DNA from: an uncultured Rivularia sp. | GTDB lineage: Bacteria > Cyanobacteriota > Cyanobacteriia > Cyanobacteriales > Nostocaceae | DNA length: 64,000 nucleotides | Assembly: GCA_963665115.1 (NCBI GenBank) | Contig: OY762007.1 | Span: 3,680,001-3,744,000, forward strand | Reading direction: 5' to 3' | Shown: positions 1-11,263 of the stretch, in pieces | Numbering within the stretch: the first letter of the stretch is position 1 | How the letters are laid out: the number at the start of each line of letters is the position of its first letter | Program-made: the position numbers and the translations under genes | Notes under the pieces: model-generated | Database searches by the model: none | What the model was told of the DNA's origin: nothing | What the model saw: only the letters and a program-made list of their open reading frames with translations

Positions 1-176
1 ATATTTCCGAACGTGAAGATAGAGATACTGCTTTACATTTTGAATTATCTTACAACTATCCTGTAAATGATAATATTTCAATTACCCCCGGAGTTGTAAT
101 GATTACCAAACCGGAACATAATGCCGATAACGATACAATTTGGGTTGGGTTGATGAAGACTACTTTTAAGTTTTAA
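1..176 (+). CDS. 3' end of cyanobacterial carbohydrate-selective/iron-uptake porin (OprB/Som family), partial
   Basis: Manual translation of frame 3: ...DTALHFELSYNYPVNDNISITPGVVMITKPEHNADNDTIWVGLMKTTFKF*. The 'NDNISITPG...PEH...TTFxF' C-terminus with terminal Phe is typical of this family. Confidence 0.85.
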   Translation, partial: ISEREDRDTALHFELSYNYPVNDNISITPGVVMITKPEHNADNDTIWVGLMKTTFKF

Positions 177-260
177 TCAATTATCAATCATCAATTATCA
201 ATTACCAATTATTACTTGCCATAAAATGCAGGTGTATATCAATTGTTAGTTGGTGTTGCA

Positions 261-325
261 GAAACCGGGTTTCTTTTCAGCTAAGTATGCTAAATTCGTT
301 TTTTTACTAATAGAAACCCGGTTTC
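261..325. repeat. Small dispersed inverted repeat (GAAACCGGGTTTC...GAAACCCGGTTTC)
   Basis: The same motif recurs at about 41108-41173 and 44789-44802; it lies between convergent genes. Confidence 0.6.
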
Positions 326-388
326 TTATGTCTCAATGTTCGCTTTACAATTTTTAACAATCCCCAATGCCCAATCCCCAATCCCCAA

Positions 389-2966
389 TTATTCAGGTAT
401 TAACAAAAGCGTTGATTCATTCTTATCATCAATATCAATTTCATCTTCCCAAGGCATGGAATGATATTTAATATCCCGCCAAGGTTCAATCATATCGGTG
501 TAGTGGCGATTAAATGCGTGTCCCGATTGTCCGGTACTGTGGATTGCTTGCGAATTATCAAATTTTGCTAAGTCTACAATCATCCGTAATGAGGGAATAT
601 GGGTAACTTCAAAAGATGATTGGTTGGCTTTCCAACGATTGGCATTTATGGTTTCTCCATCTCCTGCTGCTTGGTATGTACCCCGATTAAATAGTTGTTC
701 AATCGCAGCTACCCCGGATTTTCCTAAAGTAACGTTACGAAAGTTTATTTTGTGTAGCTTTCCCCAAGTCCATTTTTCTGGGTTGTTACCTAAAGTATTT
801 TCGAGTTCATTTACTGCTTCTACAAAAGCTAGTTTGAATATTTGATCTCGATTTTCTACTGATGCTGTATTGCGATTATCCCACCACAAATTATTGGGTT
901 GTTCGACTAAGTTTTTCACCACAGCGTACCACCGATCGCTACCACCCGGATAATAATCTTCGGGTAGTTCGTCGTGAAATGTTACCGCTAGTAATTTTTT
1001 CCAGAATGTTTCAAAAATGGCGGATGCGGGTGATTCTATTTGCAGTTTAAAATCCCAATTCAATAATAATTGACGAGCATTTTCAATACGGGAATCATCG
1101 AAAGACATCGACTTTAAGATGGGCATCAAATCCCGTGCATTCAAATTGAGATTATCAGCTTGTATCAACTTAATATCGGCTAAAGTTAATGGCTGGTTTG
1201 CATTAGAAATTATTTCTTCAATACGTTTTGCACGATACCCGCGAACCCAATCTTTGGTAATCACGTAGGGATAACTTTCATCAACTACGGCATTATTTGC
1301 AGTAATAATATATCCTCGCGCTGGATTAAAACTGTGGGGTAATTCTTCAAAATCAATATAGCCTTGCCATTCATATTTATTATTCCAACCCGGTACCGGA
1401 TAGCGTCCATCTCCTTGTTGACGTATGGGAGTTTTACCGGGCATTTGATAGCCGATATTTCCATCAACGTCTGCGTATACTAAATTTTGAGCCGCAATAT
1501 CAAATTTACTCGCAGCAACGCGGAATTCTTGCCAATTTTGAGCGCGATTTATTTCTGGAAGGGCAGCGATTAATGTGGAAGGTTCTAAAGCAGTCCCAGC
1601 GCAAGGAAACGGCGTAATTACTAGGAATTTTAGTTGATGAATTTTCACCGAATTTTTCTAATGGGGGAAGAACATCAGAAAGAATCGGACCGTGTTTAGT
1701 GTAGCGGATAATTTGATTTACTGGTTCAGAAGAAGCAACTTGAATTTCTTCTTTCACAAGCTGCATATCAACCCATTTACCATTTACTTCATATTGATTG
1801 GGATTTTTGGGATTAATCTTTTCTACATACAAGTCCATCGTGTCAGACATCACGTTTGTTACACCCCAAGCAATGCGGTTGTTATGTCCGACAATTACCC
1901 CCGGCACCCCTGCAAAGGTAAAACCCGTGACGTTATAAGGGCAATCTTTATTTATTGAATTATTTATTGAATTATTTGTTGAATTGCCTGTTGAATTGCA
2001 GTGCAAACCTAACTCATACCAAATCGAAGGCATTTGCACGGCTAAATGTGGGTCATCAGCTACAATCGGTTTACCCGTACTAGTGCGTTTACCCGAAATT
2101 GTCCAACTGTTGGAACCCACGCCCATTCCCGTAGCACCAAGAATTTCTTCCATCGCAGTTACGTTACTGGCAATAGATTTTAAGGAAGGAGTAATATCTT
2201 GTAGAGCAAGTAAATTTCTATCTTCTGTTGTGTTATTTACTTCCTTTCCTGCAACTTGAAAATCAGGTACAATTACTGGGAATTCTTCGGGATAAAGTGG
2301 GAAAAGTTCATCTACCCGTGCTTGAGGAAAAGATTTTAAGAGAATACTACGTTCGATCTCATCACCAAGATTTGTACTGAGATCGTAAGCCATTACTTTA
2401 CCCCAAAGGATAGAGTGTATTGGCTGCCAAGGTTCCGGACGATAGTTGCGATTAAGAAGTTTTAATACAGCATATTCCAAACTCAAAGCGCTACCCTGAT
2501 GATTTGCTAAGTAAGCATTTACACCTTCTGCATAAGCTTGTAAATTATCTTTTGTGCGATCGTCCAAGGTTTCAGCAAATTCCTGCTGTGCCAACTTTTT
2601 CCAACCCATTGTCCGCAGAAACCGATCCTTGTCTAACTGGGACTCACCAAACATTTCTGACAATCTTCCAGCGCCGATATGTCGCCAAAAATCCATTTGC
2701 CAGAAACGATCTTGAGCGTGGACGTAACCTTCAGCTAAAAACAGATCGTGGGAAGAAGCAGCGTAGATTTGTGGGATTCCCCATTCATCTCGCTGGACTT
2801 TCACTTTACTTTCCAATCCCGGAATTGTAATAGTGCCGCTTTCTTGGGGAAAAGATTTTCTATAGGTATAAGTAGTCAATCCCGCTAAAGTTATAAATAA
2901 TATCAGAATTATTATTCCAATACTCTTAAATACGGCCCCAAGCCTACCTTTTTTCAAATGTTCCAT
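389..2966 (-). CDS. Penicillin acylase / AHL-acylase family Ntn-hydrolase, split by one +1 frameshift
   Basis: ORFs 1506-2966 and 389-1648 join (SLRW|TALEPST) if one C of CCC at 1595-1597 is removed. Motifs RDEWGIPQIYA, AQDRFWQMD, GSNSW nucleophile and GQSGH are present. Confidence 0.9.
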
Positions 2967-3086
2967 CTATTCCCCAGTGGCTGAAATTCCGGTTAAACAA
3001 ACGACATTATATAGCTTTGTGGGTGATGTTGAACGGGGAATTGAGATAGGGAGATGGGGAGATGGGGGAGAAAAAGAATTAATTAA

Positions 3087-3197
3087 TTATTTTCCTTTAG
3101 TGCTGAAGACTGTGGTGTACATCATTAACATTCCACCTAGAAAAATTAAGAAGGCGATTCCTGCTGTAACTAAGTCGAGAATGTTGGTATTTTCCAT
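3087..3197 (-). CDS. Putative 36-aa single-TM small protein (MENTNILDLVTAGIAFLIFLGGMLMMYTTVFSTKGK)
   Basis: Manual translation, below the ORF-track cutoff. Clean hydrophobic helix with a basic C-tail, co-oriented with its neighbours. Confidence 0.55.
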   Translation of the reverse strand: MENTNILDLVTAGIAFLIFLGGMLMMYTTVFSTKGK

Positions 3198-3307
3198 GAT
3201 TGGTTTTTTGGTGGTTTTTATTTTTGGTTGTTTGTTAATAGTTTATGGCTTGTTTCGCTTAAATAAACCCGGTTGTTATCAAAATTATGATTTGTTGATA
3301 ACAGCTA

Positions 3308-3397
3308 TTGGTGCGTTGCACTCCGTGACAACACACCCTACAACTAACAACTAACCACGCTCCAACTAACAACTAACTACTAATTACTAACTACTAA
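3308..3397. repeat. Small dispersed repeat GGTGCGTT...AACACACCCTAC followed by ACTAACA/ACTAACT heptamer tandem repeats
   Basis: The same dispersed motif occurs at about 24516-24550 and 34804-34836. Confidence 0.65.
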
Positions 3398-4534
3398 TTA
3401 AAAATCAACACCGCGCTTGGGTTCCACTCCATGATTAGCGTAATGTTTATGACAGTAGACTTCTGAGTGAACGCTGGCTAGTTCAAAGTATTCTGGCTGA
3501 TTTTGGCAGCGCCCGGTGATAATTACTTCTGTATGCCGAGGCTTGCGAAGTAATGCTTCTACTATTGGCTCTACTGGAAGTAATTCTAAATCTACTGTGG
3601 GATTAAGTTCGTCAAGAATAATTGTTTTATAGAGTCCCGAAGCTATGGCTGTCTTGGCTATTTCCCAACCTCTTTCGGCTTCTATATAGTCCAATTCTTG
3701 CCGAGAGTTTCGCCACACTATGGCATCTCCTCCGCAGCGTTGATGGTCTACTACTTCGGGATAAGATTGCTGTAATGCGGCGATCGCCTCATCTTCGGTG
3801 TATCCAGTACCACCTTTAAGCCACTGCATAATCAATACACGAGTGGAACCCGGATGGTTGATTCCTCTGCCTATGGCTTTTAAAGCTTTACCTAAAGCAC
3901 TGGTAGATTTTCCTTTACCCGATCCAGTATATATTTCAATACCTGATAAACCATGTAGTTCAGCACTGGAATGATGTTGGGGCTTCATCTCGGAATGCAA
4001 ATCAGCTATATCTAATAGCTCTTGTGGGGCACCTCTTCCGGTTGCAATAACTTCTAAATCTTGAGGTTTGGATTTTAAAGTTTTTACTACTTCATTAACT
4101 TCTAGCAAGCCCAAATCCAATACCGGGTTAATTTCATCCAATACAACCACTGAATACAACCCCGAAGCTATAGCACCTTTAGCAACATCCCAACCTCTGA
4201 TAGCTTCCTGTCTATCGAAAGTAATAACTTCATTCTTGTCAAAATATTCTGCCCTACCAGTACGTACCTGATCGATTAAATGAGGAAAACCTCTTTGCAA
4301 AGCTGCGATCGCGCCATCTTCGTCATAATCTCTTTCAGGCCCTTTTAGAAACCGTAGCAGCAAGACGCGGTTGTAATTATTTGAGTTCTTGATACCTAAA
4401 CCAATTGAACGTAAAACTACTCCCAAAGCCGCTTGAGACTTACCTTTACCCGCGCCATCATAAACGTGAATTTGACCTTTAAGCCTTACCGGACGCAATT
4501 GTGCCGTGCGAATACCGATGCCGTTCCTTGTCAT
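3398..4534 (-). CDS. cobO: Cob(I)yrinic acid a,c-diamide adenosyltransferase (CobO/BtuR), tandem two-domain form
   Basis: Two copies of the YxGxGKGKS...ALG, LDEIN/LDELN and TGR motifs. Confidence 0.9.
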   Translation of the reverse strand: MTRNGIGIRTAQLRPVRLKGQIHVYDGAGKGKSQAALGVVLRSIGLGIKNSNNYNRVLLLRFLKGPERDYDEDGAIAALQRGFPHLIDQVRTGRAEYFDKNEVITFDRQEAIRGWDVAKGAIASGLYSVVVLDEINPVLDLGLLEVNEVVKTLKSKPQDLEVIATGRGAPQELLDIADLHSEMKPQHHSSAELHGLSGIEIYTGSGKGKSTSALGKALKAIGRGINHPGSTRVLIMQWLKGGTGYTEDEAIAALQQSYPEVVDHQRCGGDAIVWRNSRQELDYIEAERGWEIAKTAIASGLYKTIILDELNPTVDLELLPVEPIVEALLRKPRHTEVIITGRCQNQPEYFELASVHSEVYCHKHYANHGVEPKRGVDF

Positions 4535-4643
4535 AAAAAATCTCGGTAGTTTGGATTAATGTTTTTAAAATTGAGAGTAAAAACGCGCTCATTATGGCAA
4601 TCTTTTATCTTACCCAAATGCAGGTACCATCAGGAAGAGATAT

Positions 4644-4762
4644 TCGTGAGTGGCAGCATCTTGCTCGCTGGCTGCAACGAGGGAGATGCTCGCACTTATT
4701 CCACGAGGGAGCAAAACGCGAGCGCTTCTTCCGCGAGGGAGCGAGACGCTGCCACTACGAAC
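4644..4762. repeat. Compound small dispersed palindromic repeat (GTAGTGGSAGCRTCTYGCTC family)
   Basis: Outer inverted repeat TTCGT(G)AGTGGCAGC...GCTGCCACTACGAA. Family members at about 11492, 14940, 49868, 56417 and 58159. Confidence 0.7.
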
Positions 4763-5152
4763 AATTTTTCCCGGTGTATCGTAAACATAAAAATTCTTCT
4801 TCCCCCTCTCCCCCCTCATAACTTAATGTAGCGGTGAATCTAGTTGACGGTGTAGGTTTATGAACGCGAAGGGGTTTTATTTGTGTAGTAGTAGTAATAA
4901 ACCGCCAGATAGTTTTAAAACATCCTCTTTTCCCGATTCCCGATTCTCCATTCTCCTGATACAGTGCGCTCTTGTAGATCAATTGTCATAAAACACCATA
5001 AGCTACCTTGCCTTTAAGAATTATTTACCTTTATGCTGATTCCAGTATAAAAAATGGTAAAAGACATAAATTCCGTTTAATATTATTTACTGCTAAAGAC
5101 TTTATATTACAAAGGTAGTACTCTAAAATACATTGAGTGGGGTAACAATCAG

Positions 5153-5731
5153 ATGCTAGATGGCTTAGACTTTTCCACGCCTTTCCGAGTTTTTCCTTTT
5201 GGTGTAATCTTATTTGACTTTCTATTTTTATTAGTAGCAATTCCAGTAGAGGCATTTATTCTAAATAAAAGATTGAAGTTCGATAAGAGAACTTGTTCTT
5301 TTTACGCTATTGCCATAAATCTCTTTTCCAATGTTATCGGTTGGGTCGTTTTCTTTATTTTGGAGCCAAATAATTTTTTTGGTTCTTACAAATCACAGTT
5401 GATTAATTTTTTGCTCTACAATCGCCTAAATAATCAAGTTTATGGTGCTATTGTGATGGCAGCATTTACCACTTTCTTTGGGACTTTGATGATAAAGTTT
5501 GCATTGTTAAAGCTCTTTGTTATAGCTTTAAGCAACCCTGGAGAAAAAAAGGCAGCACCGGAAACAGAAAATACTATATTGTTGCAGCGAAAATCGCGTC
5601 GGGGCAGTAGAAAAGGATTCCAAAGTACAAGCTTATTTACTACTATACTAATTGCTAATTCATTTAGCTATAGTGCAATTACTTTAGTCGTAATGTTTCG
5701 CATATTCGCTAGAACAACTAACGCTTTATAG
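5153..5731 (+). CDS. fraC: Filament integrity protein FraC
   Basis: 3-4 TM protein with LFLLVAIPVEAFIL...YAIAINLFSNVIGW; first gene of a fraC-fraD-fraE-like trio. Confidence 0.8.
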   Translation: MLDGLDFSTPFRVFPFGVILFDFLFLLVAIPVEAFILNKRLKFDKRTCSFYAIAINLFSNVIGWVVFFILEPNNFFGSYKSQLINFLLYNRLNNQVYGAIVMAAFTTFFGTLMIKFALLKLFVIALSNPGEKKAAPETENTILLQRKSRRGSRKGFQSTSLFTTILIANSFSYSAITLVVMFRIFARTTNAL

Positions 5732-5883
5732 TAGCTTTTTTAAGCATGGAAAATGGGAAGTTAGAAGAAATAAACATCAATGTGCTTGTGCAATAGATAA
5801 AGAATTTTTCTGCGCTTGCCCGACGATGAAAACTAATAATCTTCGTTCTTAGCTATTGAATAACAAAATTAATCGGAGGTAAA

Positions 5884-6943
5884 ATGGGCGTATTAAAGGA
5901 GACAGCAGATTTACTTGGCTTAGCATTTCTATTTGAGTTTCTAAAAGATGCTGTTGAAGGAATTAAAAAATTCTTCATACCGCCAAAAGCTTTTTCTTGG
6001 CAAACATTGATTTATCTTAGTTTATTTTCTTGGTTGATGTCATCTTTAGCCAATGATGGTCCAATCCAAGATATTATTGCATTTTTCGGTTGGGCATTTT
6101 TAATAGCAGGAACTTCCTGGTATACCACTGATAAACCTTTATACATCCCCGGTACTATTATGCCTGTTGGAGCAGTAATAACTGGAGGTATAGTCAGCGT
6201 TTTTGCTTTTCAGCAAGACGAAGAACTTATAACTAGAACCATTATTTTTTGGCCAACAATATCGGCTTTAATCACTGCTGTTCCCGAATTCTTTGAAGGA
6301 AGCGGTACCGATGTAAAAGCTCAGTTACCAGACTTAAATGACCGCGAGAGTGTCATAGTTTTAATTGGCTGCTGTATGTTGTTAAGTTGCTGGTTGAATC
6401 TCTACGGAGTTACAGATAGCTGGTTAAACGAATATCCCAGTGCAAAATATCCAATTTATAGAGATAATTCTCAACGCAACGATTTATTGACGGTAGTGGA
6501 ACCTGAAGAGAGAATTCCTCAAAACGGGGTGTTAATTCTCAACAAGCTTCAGTCAGCAGTAGAAACAGCATTAGATGGAAAATCTTGGTCTGAAGTTGAA
6601 TTATGGTTAAAAAACGCGAATCGAAAAGTTAGTCAGCTTGGTGAGAAAATTATAGAGATTAATCTGCTAAAGTTTGAAGAAAAAGATTTTTGGAAGATGG
6701 AAGCTAATGTGGAGAATATCATTCCAAAAGATATTAATTCTGGATACAAACTAGATTTATATAGTGTTTGGCAAGGGCCCCAGCGCGACAAAAGATGGAT
6801 ATTATCTCAGAAGAACCTGTCAAATTGAACCTATCGCAGAGCGTGATGAATCAATTGGCTCTAAAGGTGAACTAATAACTGTTGCAGAATTGGAGTGTTT
6901 GCCAAAAATTTCCTATATTGCAGGGCAACCTCCCCGAAATTAA
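5884..6943 (+). CDS. fraD: Septal junction protein FraD (DUF5357-like), +1 frameshift near 3' end
   Basis: N-terminal TM cluster (PPKAFSWQTLIYLSLFSW) then a soluble domain. Removing one C at 6778-6781 gives WQGPSATKDGYYLRRTCQIEP...VAELECLP...PPRN* ending at 6943. Confidence 0.8.
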
Positions 6944-7013
6944 AGTAAAAATTGACAATCAATAATTGATAAATCATAACTGAGAAGTGATCTTGACTAA
7001 CTTGTAAATCAAT

Positions 7014-7793
7014 ATGAATGTCAACAGAGTAATTGCGATCGCCAACAATTCTTTTCGAGAAGTAGTGCGCGATCGCATTTTGTATATTATCGGCTTTTAC
7101 GCAGTTATATTAGCTATTGCTGCTATGTTGCTACCACAGTTAGCAGCAGCAACGGAAGACAAAATGTTTTTAGACTTGGGTTTAGCGGTAATGAGCATCC
7201 TTAGTCTAATTATTGCAGTTTTTGTAGGTACGGGATTAGTTAGCAAAGAAATAGAGAAACGCACAATTTTGATGTTAATTGCTAAACCCATAAGTCGAAA
7301 TGAGTTTATTCTGGGTAAATATTTAGGCTTATCGACTGTTTTAGCTTTACTTGTCGTGGCGATGAGTGCAATTTATCTTATATTCTTACAAGTAAATAAT
7401 ATTAATTATTCAGCCACAAGTATTATAATCAATGCTGTTTTCCTAATTTTGCAGCTATCTTTAATTAGCGCTATAGCTATTGCCTTTGGTGTATTTACAG
7501 GTTCTATATTAGCAACTGCCTTAACATTTGCAGTCTATTTAATGGGAAATATAACCCAGGATTTACTTAAACTTGCTCAGGTTAACGAAAATCCTGGTTT
7601 GGAAAAAATAACCCAAGGTTTATATTTACTTTTACCGGATTTATCGCGTTTAGATTTAAAAAACGATGCTGTGTATGGTTTATCAGCATTACCCGATTCC
7701 ACTACACTATTTATAAATGCTGGCTACAGTTTAGTTTACAGTGCGATGCTTTTAGCTATAGCTGCGTTTATTTTTTCGCAAAAAGAGTTTTGA
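7014..7793 (+). CDS. fraE: FraE, ABC-2 type permease
   Basis: FREVVRDR and KEIEKRT...KPISRNEFILGKYLG motifs; position directly after fraCD. Confidence 0.8.
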   Translation: MNVNRVIAIANNSFREVVRDRILYIIGFYAVILAIAAMLLPQLAAATEDKMFLDLGLAVMSILSLIIAVFVGTGLVSKEIEKRTILMLIAKPISRNEFILGKYLGLSTVLALLVVAMSAIYLIFLQVNNINYSATSIIINAVFLILQLSLISAIAIAFGVFTGSILATALTFAVYLMGNITQDLLKLAQVNENPGLEKITQGLYLLLPDLSRLDLKNDAVYGLSALPDSTTLFINAGYSLVYSAMLLAIAAFIFSQKEF

Positions 7794-8062
7794 TGATAGC
7801 TAGGTTGCCGTTGATGAAAATTGTAATAGGGAATAGGGAGTAGGGATAAGGGTTTCAACTCAATTTACTTTCTGTTACAGAGTTGAGTTTATTTGTACCC
7901 ACTTACTTAGTGAGGAATTAGGAGTTAGGAGTTGAGAGTCGAAAATTACGAATTTAAAACAGCAATACGAAATACCCTATCTTATATAGTTGTTTAAATT
8001 TATTTTCGTATTGGTAGCTCTTTTCCCTATTCCCCGTATTCCCTATTCATAAATCCAAAATA

Positions 8063-8719
8063 TCAACTAAGGCAAAAAATTTGAACTAGTTTAATTTTAC
8101 CATCAGGCATAATTGCTCGATCTAAATTAGTATTTTGAAAGTTTGTACCCTGTAAATTTGCTTCTTTTAAATTTGCTTGCGTTAAATTAGCCCAGGCTAA
8201 ATCGGCATTAGTTAAATCTGCTTGATTCAAATTAGCTTCTAATAAATTCGCACCACATAATCTTGCTAATTGAAGATTCGCTTGGAACAAATTAGCTTCT
8301 ATTAAAGATGCTTCTATAAACTGGGCTTTTTTTAAGTTCGCTTTCTGCAAATTCGTATCGCACAATGAAGCTTCCTGTAAATTGCTATAAGAAAGGTTTG
8401 CGCCCGAACATATTGCACCACACAAAGAAGCTCTTGTTAAATCGGCATCGGTTAAATCGGCTTCTACTAAAGAGGCTTCATGCATATGTACTTCTCGCAA
8501 ACTAGCTCTAGCCAAATTTGCGCTATTTAATCTTGCATTAGTAAGAATTGCTCCGTCAAAGTTCGCATTACGCAAATCTGCTCCAGTAAAATTGATTCCA
8601 CTTAAATCGAGTTCTCTTAAATCAATTCCACTTAAACTGTATCCGCTAAAGTCTCTCGATCCAAAACGATCGGTAATTTGACTTAACACAAATTCTTGCT
8701 TGTCAGCACTATTAATCAT
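8063..8719 (-). CDS. fraF: Pentapeptide-repeat protein convergent with fraE (FraF position)
   Basis: A(N/D)Lxx repeats; ATG at 8719 with GAGG RBS. Symbol assigned by synteny with the Anabaena fraCDE/fraF arrangement. Confidence 0.65.
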   Translation of the reverse strand: MINSADKQEFVLSQITDRFGSRDFSGYSLSGIDLRELDLSGINFTGADLRNANFDGAILTNARLNSANLARASLREVHMHEASLVEADLTDADLTRASLCGAICSGANLSYSNLQEASLCDTNLQKANLKKAQFIEASLIEANLFQANLQLARLCGANLLEANLNQADLTNADLAWANLTQANLKEANLQGTNFQNTNLDRAIMPDGKIKLVQIFCLS

Positions 8720-8847
8720 AATTTTTTCCTCACTTTTGTAACATTTTTCAAATCGCCATCCTGACAATTACTGTATTTCGAGGTTACACCCTAAAAGCAA
8801 ATGATTACATTAATCAAATTTTAAATTTTTGCGAAAAAATGATTAAA

Positions 8848-8910
8848 GTAACCATAAGTACTAGATAACGGCTAGTTTACAGCAAACTTAATTGTCAAAA
8901 CATCCTGATA
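8848..8910 (-). promoter_or_regulatory. Candidate NtcA-like box (GTA-N8-TAC, 8848-8861) and NrrA-like inverted repeat (TGTCA-N8-TGATA, 8893-8910)
   Basis: Motif matches upstream of the fraF-like gene; short motifs in AT-rich DNA can arise by chance. Confidence 0.4.
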
Positions 8911-9236
8911 AAATCATCAAAACCTGATAAGAAAAGACATATAAATATAACAAGTCACAGGTTTATGACTTTTAAATGTTTACATTTTTACTTGTTCAAC
9001 TGAAGATTATGCTGTTGATTTAAAGTTAAAAGCAAAGAACCAAAAATATGTTTGTACTGTTATATTAATTTATCGGGATTATAATTACAATTTAATGTTT
9101 TATTAAACAACATAAATTGGATAAGTATCTTTACCTATCCTAATATCATCTTATTTCTCTGCTCCCTGTCCCCTCTTCTACGACTATTTAATGCCGCATA
9201 ACAATTACTATGGTCGTTTTTATTAAGATTGCCTAA

Positions 9237-10140
9237 TTAACTATCCTCACCCCAAGTCCGTAATTGAAAGTAAACTAACACCATTGCTATTGCTAATAAT
9301 ACGGTTGCTGCTGCTGCCGCGTAACCGAAATCAAATTGACCGAAAGCTTCTTGGTAAATGTAATAAACCAGCAAATTTGTAGAATTTAAAGGGCCACCAC
9401 CACTGATTACATAAACTTGTTCAAAACTACGTAAAGTGAAAATAACTGTGGTTATTGTCGAAAATATTAGAGTAGGGCGCAATCCCGGTAAAGTCACGAA
9501 CCAAAACTGCTCCCAACTGTTAGCACCGTCAAGTTCTGCTGCTTCATAACGACTAACTGGAATTGCCTGTAAACCAGCTAGAAAGACCACCATATTAAAA
9601 CCAAGCTGTTTCCAAATACTGAGTAAAATTATTACTGGCATTGCCCATACGGTACTGCTTAGCCAAGATATAGATTCAATTCCAACACTATTTAAAAGTG
9701 CGTTGACGGGACCTTCATTTTGAAATAGCCAGCGAAATCCCAAGCCAGCGGCTACTAAAGAAATAATTGAAGGTAGAAAATAGGAAGTTCGTAAAAATCC
9801 CCGCAAAATTATATTACTATTTAGTAAGACTGCTAATCCTAAAGGAATCACAATACTGGGTATAACCGTAGCAATTGTGAAATAAGCTGTATTCCACATC
9901 ACTTGTGAAAAATCAGGATTAAGTATCAAACGTAGATAATTTTTTAACCCTACCCAAGTTGTACCTTCTTTAGTAAAACTACCATTCGTGAAACTGAGGT
10001 AGAACAAATAACCAATGGGGCCCAATAACAAAAACTCCTAATAGAATGAGTGCCGGAGTTAGAAAAAACCAAGCTGCAAAGGTTTCGTTGTCTAATAGTT
10101 CTTTAAAAGACGAGTTGGAAGGTTTAGTGTTTTGCTGCAT
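9237..10140 (-). CDS. Carbohydrate ABC transporter permease, +1 frameshift near 5' end
   Basis: EAAELDGA motif. The N-terminus MQQNTKPS...AWFFLTPALILLGVFVIGP joins the main ORF after removing one base at GGGGCCC 10017-10023. Confidence 0.9.
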
Positions 10141-10365
10141 TAGATGCGGTGATATTTTGCGTACAGCTATTTTATCGAAATGTGGTCGGCAAACCCGAAT
10201 TCAACTTTTTTAAATAATCACTCTACAGATGGTTATAGTTGCATAATTATTAACCTATTTCTAAGCGGAAGGCAGCACTTACTACGAACTATTAAAATTA
10301 ACTTCGATGCAATACCATGCGTTGCAAAATTGGGGGATAATTTTTTAAATATCTTCTCCCCTCCC

Positions 10366-11229
10366 ATGATAGAACCCAAAATTATCGTAGATTCCCAACA
10401 CCACAACGCCGAGTGTCCTTTATGGCATCCCCAGCAGCAATGTCTTTACTGGACAGATATTCCTAGAGGAAAACTGTTTCGCTACTATCCACAGACAGAT
10501 ATTCATTCTGAAATTTATTCTGGTGAACCCGTTGGTGGCTTAACTTTGCAAAATGATGGTTCTTTACTGTTATTTAAAACCAAAGGAACTATCGAACGTT
10601 GGGAAGAAGGTAAAATTACGACATTAATTAATGAAATTCCCGCAGAAAGACATACTCGTTTTAACGATGCGATCGCAGATCCGATGGGACGAGTTTTTTC
10701 GGGAACAATGGCAACTTCAGAAGATAAAGGCAGACTCTACCGCATAGATACCGATGGTTCGATTCATGTAATTTTAGAAAAACTTTTGGTTCCCAACGGT
10801 ATGGGTTTTTCTCCAGATTTAAAATATTTTTATCTTACCGATTCGGACGCTCGTACTATCTACCGTTTTGACTACAACCAAGAAACAGGTGATATTACTA
10901 ATCAACAAAATCATATAGTTATCCCCGGAGGTGAAGGAGTTCCCGACGGAATGACGGTTGATGCTGAGGGCTACATTTGGTCGGCTCGTTGGGATGGAAG
11001 TCACTTATATCGTTATACTCCTGACGGTACCGAAGTTTTACGCATAGAGTTTCCGGCTTTAAAAGTTACCTGCATGACTTTCGGTGGCTCGGATTACAGC
11101 GAGATATTTGTTAGTACTGCTGGAGGTAATGAGCGCTCTACAGAAGGTGCTGGAGCCGGAGCAATGTTTCACTTTCAAGCTGATGTTAAAGGAGTGCCAG
11201 AATTTAAATCTCGGATCTTTATTGATTAG
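10366..11229 (+). CDS. SMP-30/gluconolactonase/LRE family protein
   Basis: ECPLW, LYWTDI, RFNDA, PNGMGFSPD and PDGMTVDAEG motifs; start moved to the ATG at 10366. Confidence 0.9.
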   Translation: MIEPKIIVDSQHHNAECPLWHPQQQCLYWTDIPRGKLFRYYPQTDIHSEIYSGEPVGGLTLQNDGSLLLFKTKGTIERWEEGKITTLINEIPAERHTRFNDAIADPMGRVFSGTMATSEDKGRLYRIDTDGSIHVILEKLLVPNGMGFSPDLKYFYLTDSDARTIYRFDYNQETGDITNQQNHIVIPGGEGVPDGMTVDAEGYIWSARWDGSHLYRYTPDGTEVLRIEFPALKVTCMTFGGSDYSEIFVSTAGGNERSTEGAGAGAMFHFQADVKGVPEFKSRIFID

Positions 11230-11263
11230 TGACGGAAACTCCTATAATTTTTTGAGGTATATT

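Noticed and set aside
2977..3354. 125-aa plus-strand ORF
   Set aside because: It spans repeats and is antisense to a more plausible 36-aa membrane protein.
4559..4982. Several overlapping 69-90 aa ORFs (likewise 13894-14076, 15288-15485, 53816-53998)
   Set aside because: They arise from GC-rich palindromic dispersed repeats.
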